Below, piece after piece: positions 57,346 through 64,000 of a DNA stretch of 64,000 nucleotides (positions are counted from its first letter, which is position 1; each line of letters starts with the position of its first letter). The notes beneath the pieces were generated by a model that saw only the letters and a program-made list of their open reading frames with translations, did not search any database and was not told the origin of the DNA. Location: assembly GCA_964573625.1 (NCBI GenBank), contig CAZNJU010000001.1, positions 256,661-320,660 on the forward strand. The letters run 5' to 3'. The stretch comes from Candidatus Woesearchaeota archaeon (GTDB taxonomy: Archaea; Nanobdellota; Nanobdellia; Pacearchaeales; GW2011-AR1). A program made the position numbers and the translations under genes.

Positions 57346-57897
57346 CTAAGCAGTCTTCTTCCGATTTGAAATTGATAAGATTATCAGCAAGGCAAATGCG
57401 CTCAAAGCCATAACAGGAATAGTAATGTAGCCATATGTAAGGACAAACACTTTAGAGCAGGATGCCGAATAATTTCCGACAGCAGAACAAGGGATATTTA
57501 TCAGAGGTTTTGGAGCTGCTTGTATATAATAGTGAAACAGAGAAATGGCTCCGCCAATTATGGACAAAGGCAAACTATATTTCCAAATCTCTTTTTTGTC
57601 TTTTGTTATGAAAGCAGTCAAAAATAAGAAAACCTGAGAATACATGAAAATTCGCTCATACCAACATAATCTGCACGGTTCATAATGCAATATATCAGAG
57701 AAGTACAAGCTTCCAAGCATCGAAGTTAGGGCAATAATAAATGCAAAGAAAACAGCTCGATTACCTACCCACTTGAATAGAAACGAACGACTTTCAATCA
57801 TCTTTAGTTTCAATCCAATGCTTTCTAAAACATACAGTACTATGATTATGTCACTTAAAATGGTAAGAATGGAAAGAGCATTGGTTACTGCAGTCAT
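57346..57897 (-). CDS. disulfide bond formation protein DsbB/BdbC family
   Basis: Four TM helices, the CRLCWYERI motif (CxxCWxQR-type) and a second Cys pair CSAVGNYSASC in the periplasmic loop. Confidence 0.6.
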   Translation of the reverse strand: MTAVTNALSILTILSDIIIVLYVLESIGLKLKMIESRSFLFKWVGNRAVFFAFIIALTSMLGSLYFSDILHYEPCRLCWYERIFMYSQVFLFLTAFITKDKKEIWKYSLPLSIIGGAISLFHYYIQAAPKPLINIPCSAVGNYSASCSKVFVLTYGYITIPVMALSAFALLIILSISNRKKTA

Positions 57898-58073
57898 AAC
57901 TCCTAGAAATAATTAGAATATATAAGGTATTCGATGAAGAAAGCGTTATATGTCTATTCTTTAAATGACCTAAATTTGCTCAAGAGGAGCAACAACTAAT
58001 AGAGTCAGAGCAATATAGGTATCGAAGAAAGAATTTATAAACAAACTTTCGGACACGTTATTATCGCTATACT

Positions 58074-58964
58074 ATGACAGAACAACATCACCAACGTAAG
58101 AGAAACTGGTACGATAAGTCATACAAACTTTTACTTATTGCACCGGCTGTATTGTTCACACTATCTATTATTTACTTAGTTCATTTCTATGGGGTCAATG
58201 GAGACATTATCTACAAAGACGTATCTATAACGGGAGGGACGACAATAACGGTATACAATGAGGCAAATATCAAAGACGTTGAAAATGCCCTTAAATCAGA
58301 ATTTTCAGATATTGTTGTAAACGGTATTTCTGACTTGAGGACTGGAAAACAACTTGGCTTTTTCGTTGAGACGTCAGCAGGTGTAGATCAAGTTAAGGCC
58401 GCGCTTGAGAAATATCTCGGATATACTTTGACTCCTAAGAATTCCTCCATCGAATTTACAGGATCAGCACTATCGTCAAGTTTCTACCAGCAATTACGAT
58501 TTGCAGTCATTATTTCATTTGTATTGATGGCTATCGTAGTCTTTATCATTTTTAGAACTCCTATTAGAAGTCTCTCCATTATTATCGCAGGACTTGCAGA
58601 CATACTCATGACTATTGTAGTTATAGATATTTTACACATTCGTCTTTCAACGGCAGGTATTGTTGCACTCCTCATGCTTATCGGTTATTCAGTAGATGCA
58701 GATATTTTACTTACAACAAGAGTTGTGAAACATAAAGAGGGTACTCTCAATCATAGAATTTATGGAGCATTTAAAACAGGAATAACGATGACCCTGACAG
58801 CAATCGCTGCTGTTGCGGTCGCGCTCCTCATGACTCATTCAATCTCATCAGTTCTGTCACAAATGTTCACGATAATTCTTATCGGCTTAGGATTTGATAT
58901 ATTCAACTGTTGGGTAACGAACGCATCTCTCTTAAAATGGTACGGGGAGGCTAGGAGCATATGA
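58074..58964 (+). CDS. secF: protein-export membrane protein SecF
   Basis: An N-terminal TM helix, a periplasmic domain and a C-terminal RND-like five-TM bundle (IISFVLMAIVVFIIFRTP...LIGYSVDADIL). Confidence 0.7.
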   Translation: MTEQHHQRKRNWYDKSYKLLLIAPAVLFTLSIIYLVHFYGVNGDIIYKDVSITGGTTITVYNEANIKDVENALKSEFSDIVVNGISDLRTGKQLGFFVETSAGVDQVKAALEKYLGYTLTPKNSSIEFTGSALSSSFYQQLRFAVIISFVLMAIVVFIIFRTPIRSLSIIIAGLADILMTIVVIDILHIRLSTAGIVALLMLIGYSVDADILLTTRVVKHKEGTLNHRIYGAFKTGITMTLTAIAAVAVALLMTHSISSVLSQMFTIILIGLGFDIFNCWVTNASLLKWYGEARSI

Positions 58965-60484
58965 AAATTACTTTTAGAGTCTGGATACTTATAATTGCCC
59001 TCATATTTTCATTACTCGCTATTCGACCTTCATTTGAATCTGGAGTGCTTGTAAAGTCCATAGATCGCAATTCAGAGTTGTTCACTCAAGGCATACGCCA
59101 AGGAGATATAATTAAAGAGATAAATGGTCAACCGGTGACAGACATTCAATCATATGCATCTGCCATGGACTATCTTTCTAACATTACTTCGCCTACTCGT
59201 GTTGACATCACTACTAAAAATTCAGAGTATCTAGCCTTCTTAAACCAGACTCCTGATTTAGTTGTCCAGAAAGTTCCCCGAACGCGTCTCAAAACAGGTC
59301 TTGACATCCAAGGAGGAGCCCGCGCGCTTGTCAAACCAGAAGCACAAATTACAGACGCTCAACTACAGGACCTTATAGATGTGAGCAATAATAGATTCAA
59401 CGTTTTCGGAATTTCAGATGTTAAAATTCGTGCGGTGACGGATCTCGCAGGAGACAAGTTCATGCTTGTCGAAGTTGCAGGCGCAACACCTTCAGATCTA
59501 CAAGATCTCATAGCAAAGCAAGGGAAATTTGAAGCAAAAATAGGCAACAAGACAGTATTTCAGGGGGGGAATGAAGATATCACTTCAGTATGTAGAAACG
59601 ACGCAAGTTGTGCAGGCATTCGTCAATGTTTCCAGTCTCAGACAGGTTATACATGTACGTTTGCATTTACAATCTATTTGAGCGAGACCGCCGCAAAGAG
59701 ACATGCAGAGATAACTAAGAATGAGGAGTTAGACATTGCAAGTGGAGGATTATATCTCAAGAATAATTTAACGCTTGTGCTCGATGGAGTTTCCGTAGAA
59801 GAATTACTAATTAATCGTGATTTAAAGGGACAGGTAGCCACGCAAATTTCAATTCAAGGTTCGGGACAGGGTAAAACCCAACAAGAGGCATTTGATGACG
59901 CAAAGCAATCAATGCATAAACTACAGACTATTCTGATAACCGGCAGCATACCTTACAAGCTCGAGATAGTCAAATTGGATACGATCTCTCCTTTACTCGG
60001 TGAGCAATTTATTAAAACAATTATTCTAACCGGTCTCGCAGCAATTACTGCAGTAGGGATTATTGTATTTGTGCGTTACAGAAAAATAAAAGAATCATTT
60101 GCAGTGTTATTCACTTCATTCTCTGAAATTGTCATCATCTTGGGAGTTGCAGCATTAATTGGCTGGAACCTTGATCTTGCGTCCATCGCAGGTATTCTTG
60201 CAACTATTGGAACAGGGGTCGATCAGCAAATAATTATTTTGGATGAAGCTCGAAGAGGTGCAGAATCATCATTGCGCCAGAAAATGAAGCACGCTATCTT
60301 TATTGTTATGTCGGCATACGCTACTTCACTCGTTTCACTATTGCCATTATATTGGGCAGGCGCAGGATTGTTTAAGGGATTCGCTATAACTTCCATTATT
60401 GGGATCACTGCAGGAGTATTCATCAGTAGACCTGCCTTTGCAGATATGATCAAAGGTCTTGAAGAAAAGGAGCAAACTAAATAA
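58961..60484 (+). CDS. secD: protein-export membrane protein SecD
   Basis: GLDIQGG (the SecD GLDLxGG motif), a large periplasmic domain and a C-terminal six-TM bundle. It is translationally coupled to secF. Confidence 0.7.
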   Translation: MKITFRVWILIIALIFSLLAIRPSFESGVLVKSIDRNSELFTQGIRQGDIIKEINGQPVTDIQSYASAMDYLSNITSPTRVDITTKNSEYLAFLNQTPDLVVQKVPRTRLKTGLDIQGGARALVKPEAQITDAQLQDLIDVSNNRFNVFGISDVKIRAVTDLAGDKFMLVEVAGATPSDLQDLIAKQGKFEAKIGNKTVFQGGNEDITSVCRNDASCAGIRQCFQSQTGYTCTFAFTIYLSETAAKRHAEITKNEELDIASGGLYLKNNLTLVLDGVSVEELLINRDLKGQVATQISIQGSGQGKTQQEAFDDAKQSMHKLQTILITGSIPYKLEIVKLDTISPLLGEQFIKTIILTGLAAITAVGIIVFVRYRKIKESFAVLFTSFSEIVIILGVAALIGWNLDLASIAGILATIGTGVDQQIIILDEARRGAESSLRQKMKHAIFIVMSAYATSLVSLLPLYWAGAGLFKGFAITSIIGITAGVFISRPAFADMIKGLEEKEQTK

Positions 60485-60923
60485 TATGCTCCCACGATGG
60501 CACATTCTGCTCGGCGGAGTTTTCACACTTGTTATTTGGCTTGTTGCTCCAACCATCAATATATTTTATCTTTTGCTCGTTTTCCTCTCTTCTTTCCTCA
60601 TTGATTTTGACCACTATGTTAACGCAGCCATAAGAAATAAGAAACTATCTCTAAGTCAGGCTTTTGAATATCATCGAGAGCTAGAAAAGAAAGAAAAGCG
60701 CGAGCAAAAACAGGGTATTTTCGTTAAAGGAGATTTTCATCTCTTCCACACTGTCGAATTTCACATTCTTATTGGAATTTTGTCCTTCTTCTGGGCACCA
60801 TTCTTCTATATCTTTATAGGGATGATATTTCATTCATTGCTTGACGTTGCGTCATTACTTTATGTTGGAAGATTTTACAGAAGAGACTATTTCTTCTTCA
60901 ATTGGTTATTTAATAAATTCTAA
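60459..60923 (+). CDS. membrane protein, His-rich motifs (possible membrane-bound metal-dependent hydrolase)
   Basis: Three or four TM helices and DFDHY / HLFHTVEFH motifs. The assignment is tentative. Confidence 0.3.
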   Translation: MKKRSKLNNMLPRWHILLGGVFTLVIWLVAPTINIFYLLLVFLSSFLIDFDHYVNAAIRNKKLSLSQAFEYHRELEKKEKREQKQGIFVKGDFHLFHTVEFHILIGILSFFWAPFFYIFIGMIFHSLLDVASLLYVGRFYRRDYFFFNWLFNKF

Positions 60924-61195
60924 AGAAAACTTACAACGCCTTTAGCGATAAGCAAGAACGTACACATCCAGATCAGAAAGCTTGGCAAAGTAAAAACTAA
61001 TGAAAGGAGCAATGATAGTGATGCGACAAGATCTATTATGCTCAGCATATCTCCTGAAAGAATAAATAATCCTTTAAGGAAAAGCAAGCCAGCGCAAAAA
61101 AGAACCAATCCCAAAAAAGGATGAATTTGAAATATCAATGTCAGAAGCGTAGCTCCCGCAATTAAATCAATGAGTCCGAGTATTCTAACGAGCAT
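60920..61195 (-). CDS. small membrane protein
   Basis: 91 aa with three TM helices. Confidence 0.3.
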   Translation of the reverse strand: MLVRILGLIDLIAGATLLTLIFQIHPFLGLVLFCAGLLFLKGLFILSGDMLSIIDLVASLSLLLSLVFTLPSFLIWMCTFLLIAKGVVSFL

Positions 61196-61250
61196 ACAAT
61201 CTGGAATATCGGCATTATAAAAGCTTTATTAGAAACGTTTAACTACTTAT

Positions 61251-63044
61251 TTGCGATCTCTCGATATGGAAAGTACATCGGCAAAAAAAAGCTGGTACGA
61301 TCGAGCAATCGACTTTGCTTTTTCATCTGATCCTCGTAGATATCTTATTTTATTCATAATATTAGGATTTATGCTGCGTCTCATCGTGGCTAACAATGTA
61401 GCCCCTCTAGCCGATGAAATGATTCACGGAACAAATGCAATAAACATCATTAGTTCCGGCGTAATTAATGCACAAAACGAAGCTCCGGCATGGCTTTATC
61501 TAACTGACATTTTTTATCGTATTTTCGGAGTGCATTCTTTTTCGGCACGGTTTCTGTCAATACTTTTTGGAACTTTGACGATTTTAGTAGTATACTTATT
61601 GGGCAAACAACTATTCAATGAAAAAATAGGTCTAACAGCCGCATTCCTTATGGCTATATCTGCCTATTACATTCGTTACACTCTTATGGAAATGGATCAG
61701 GCCATGATGTTTTTCGTCCTTCTCGCACTATATTATTTTCTGAAAGAAATTGAAGCACATAAAAAAATACCTTACATCAGCGGAATTCTAATGGGAATTG
61801 CGCTCCTTATCAAGCCCATAACGCTTCCATTTATTGTTTCGTTCGGAGTATGTTTCTTCATAGCTCTCTATAAATCGGGAAACAGAGCAACTTTCTTCAA
61901 CAAAAATAAGATTAGAATTTGCTATGTTCTTCTTACGCTATTCTTGTTTGCAACTCCTATACTATCCTATAACTATATCTTATATCATCAAAAAGGAATA
62001 ACTGACGTCATATTCTCTCGTTTCCTAGGAATCAATCAAGATATTTACGCCGGCTTGCAAGGATATGACAAATCTTTTGTACTGAGTGAAGTTGTTTCGT
62101 TAGGTATTCCTGCACTGTTTAATGCGTATTGGAGTCTAGATCCTGCTATTTTTATCTTAGGTCTTCTTGGACTCGTTTTATTAATCACAACAACAAAATA
62201 TCGCAAAGCACGTATTCTGCTATGGTTCAATATAGTTCCATTAATTTTTCTGCTTGGAACGTCATTGCTCCAAACACATCTTTCTGTTTTTGTTCCTACA
62301 TTCTGTCTCCTCGCAGCATTTTTCATAGTAGGTACTACAGATTACTTTTCATCAGGAGAGAATATGAAAAAACTAATGTATGGGCTATTGATATTAGTGT
62401 TAATAGTCAATATCTATCTCCTTCTCCCAAACCTTACGAGCAAGGCCGCAATGTTTAAGTTACGAGACTATTCGATAAACAACATCGGGACAAACGACTT
62501 AGTGGTAGTCGATTCACGAGTTTACAGAGGGAGAATAGCCTGGACGTTAAACGATAAAGCCTATTTAGAGTCTACAAATCTTCAAGAATTACTCGAGCTT
62601 AATGAGAACCTATCGGGTGCAAAAATCCCCACGATTATTTATTTCGTCGAATGCGTTTCTGATGATTGTGGTTGGGGAACTATCAAAGATCAGCAAGAGT
62701 TCAATAAAAGCATGGAAGGAATTGTAGGCCTCTTCAAACAATCAAGTCAGGAAATTGTAACGTTCAATGGAGGAGGAGGATACGATGAGGAAACAGGAAA
62801 ACCTACTCTCCGCGTCTATAAAGGAATGATTAGCCTCAATCCTTCAGTGTTGCAAGCAGTATACAGTACACACGATTGGTTCTATTATCCTGTACGCTGG
62901 GAGAAGGGAGATTGGTACGACAAATACGTTCCAGAAGGATTTTTCCAAACAGTCTTTAATTTAATTGGAAAGTTATTCTTATGGCTCGCCATCATTCTCT
63001 CATTCGTTTATGCCTATAAGGTGTTCAAGGAAACGTTTAGTTAA
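61251..63044 (+). CDS. GT-C fold glycosyltransferase (PMT/ArnT-like, family 39/83)
   Basis: Eleven or more N-terminal TM helices with a DE motif in the first loop (LADEMIHG), and a C-terminal soluble domain of about 200 aa. Confidence 0.5.
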   Translation: MRSLDMESTSAKKSWYDRAIDFAFSSDPRRYLILFIILGFMLRLIVANNVAPLADEMIHGTNAINIISSGVINAQNEAPAWLYLTDIFYRIFGVHSFSARFLSILFGTLTILVVYLLGKQLFNEKIGLTAAFLMAISAYYIRYTLMEMDQAMMFFVLLALYYFLKEIEAHKKIPYISGILMGIALLIKPITLPFIVSFGVCFFIALYKSGNRATFFNKNKIRICYVLLTLFLFATPILSYNYILYHQKGITDVIFSRFLGINQDIYAGLQGYDKSFVLSEVVSLGIPALFNAYWSLDPAIFILGLLGLVLLITTTKYRKARILLWFNIVPLIFLLGTSLLQTHLSVFVPTFCLLAAFFIVGTTDYFSSGENMKKLMYGLLILVLIVNIYLLLPNLTSKAAMFKLRDYSINNIGTNDLVVVDSRVYRGRIAWTLNDKAYLESTNLQELLELNENLSGAKIPTIIYFVECVSDDCGWGTIKDQQEFNKSMEGIVGLFKQSSQEIVTFNGGGGYDEETGKPTLRVYKGMISLNPSVLQAVYSTHDWFYYPVRWEKGDWYDKYVPEGFFQTVFNLIGKLFLWLAIILSFVYAYKVFKETFS

Positions 63045-64000
63045 TCAACAATTTTATACGTATCAAAATAGTCTCTAGCTTTTTTCCACTCTTCAACAGG
63101 CTTTTGTTGGATTATTAAATTAGCCACAACACGAGCCATATCCAGACAATGATCAGCATTATTATAGTTAAAAAGACCTAACCTTCCAACACTATACAAA
63201 TTTGAAATATCATCGAGAGAATCAAATACTTCTGCTAATCTTTTCTTACAGTCTATAGAATAAACGGGATATACTCTTCCCGCGCGCCGGGTTATAAACT
63301 CATACACCTCATTTTCCTTGATAAGTCCTGCCTTTTCAAGATCTTTTACGACACGTGAGCGTATTTCTTCGTCGGAAGCAGCATATGTGCTATCTCCAAA
63401 ATCACAGGTTATTTCAGCAGTGAGTACGGTCTTGTCATCCGGACAAGTCATAGCGCTAAAGCTCTTCTGTTCAGCTACACGATTAAAACAAAATTCCTTT
63501 TCAGGGAAGAAAATCCAATTATCTTTCAATGCGATTTTCTTATTAAGGAAGACATAGGCAATAACCAGTGATCTAAACTTCAAGCTCTTTGCAGCATCAA
63601 TAGTTAATTTTGAAACAGAAGGTGAAATCAGGCTAGGTAATTCGGTTATTGCTAATGAAGAGATAAGCACATCACAAGACAATTTCTTTTTCTGTTTTCC
63701 TTGTGTAATTTCGATAGACTTAACTTGCCCCTTAGAAACAAGTATCTTGGAAGGAACTGTGGAAAGAAGGATTTTTCCTTTTTTTGCGATGATTTTATTT
63801 GCCAGCTTATCACACATTACCCCATATCCTTTCGTAGGATAAAGAAACGTTTCTGCGCTGACACTTTTCTTATTTTTAACAAGAGCGGTTTTTAACACAT
63901 CAAATATATTACTCACAGGAGATCTTCTTTGAGCAAGTTCGACGCTCAATTCTCTAGGGTTGCCCCAAACTTTCTCGGCAAAACCCTTAAAGATGATTTC
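63041..64000 (-). CDS. FAD-dependent oxidoreductase, UDP-galactopyranose-mutase-like (N-terminus beyond window)
   Basis: The frame stays open to the window edge (…EIIFKGFAEKVWGNPREL…). It has a YxxKxWG-type motif and a C-terminal GRLGLFNYNNADHCLDMA resembling the UGM GRLxxYxYxxMD. Confidence 0.4.
   Translation of the reverse strand, partial: EIIFKGFAEKVWGNPRELSVELAQRRSPVSNIFDVLKTALVKNKKSVSAETFLYPTKGYGVMCDKLANKIIAKKGKILLSTVPSKILVSKGQVKSIEITQGKQKKKLSCDVLISSLAITELPSLISPSVSKLTIDAAKSLKFRSLVIAYVFLNKKIALKDNWIFFPEKEFCFNRVAEQKSFSAMTCPDDKTVLTAEITCDFGDSTYAASDEEIRSRVVKDLEKAGLIKENEVYEFITRRAGRVYPVYSIDCKKRLAEVFDSLDDISNLYSVGRLGLFNYNNADHCLDMARVVANLIIQQKPVEEWKKARDYFDTYKIVD

Overview
This window reads as a low-GC archaeal chromosome segment, euryarchaeal or DPANN-like, judged from PolD DP1 and DP2, Orc1/Cdc6, L21e-RpoF-DUF655, Rpp21, class III signal-peptide pilins and an intron-containing tRNA. 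The main blocks are listed below.

- **1–8.75 kb, type IV pilus-like locus.** At least six tandem pilin-like genes with KRG/KKG class III signal peptides, a FlaJ/TadC-like platform protein and a FlaI/VirB11-family ATPase.
- **8.8–19.5 kb, housekeeping genes.** A Hef helicase and its XPF nuclease encoded as two overlapping ORFs, TyrRS, a DRG GTPase, an M16 peptidase and several membrane proteins.
- **19.5–26.1 kb, replication module.** orc1/cdc6, polD small and polD large on one strand, ending at an AT-rich intergenic region with ORB-like dyads and a G-string. This is a probable oriC.
- **26.8–30.1 kb, Lhr-MPE pair.** An Lhr-type helicase next to a metallophosphoesterase.
- **30.9–39.1 kb, repeat-rich accessory region.** Small hypothetical genes, two of them coiled-coil plus wHTH proteins, sit in unusually repetitive non-coding DNA. 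The repeats are an AAACAG/AAACACC iteron array, a 40-bp GC-rich hairpin repeat present twice, an AAGTTCG box family and CTCACTTTT repeats. Several genes here are visibly more GC-rich than the rest of the window, which suggests an acquired plasmid- or virus-derived element.
- **39.1–45.2 kb, surface and secreted proteins.** An LTD protein with a PEP-CTERM-like tail, a secreted HEXXH metalloprotease, more class III signal-peptide proteins and a XerA-like tyrosine recombinase.
- **45.2–49.8 kb, ribosomal protein and RNA polymerase cluster.** S9, L13, L18e, an embedded tRNA-Leu, RpoD, S11, S4, S13, DUF655, RpoF and L21e.
- **50–64 kb, export and envelope genes.** Two paralogous FtsX-like ABC permeases with their ATPase, a surface protein, RpoN, Rpp21, three tRNAs (Leu, Arg, Gly with intron), DsbB, SecF, SecD, a GT-C glycosyltransferase and a partial UGM-like flavoenzyme.

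No rRNA or CRISPR array was seen.
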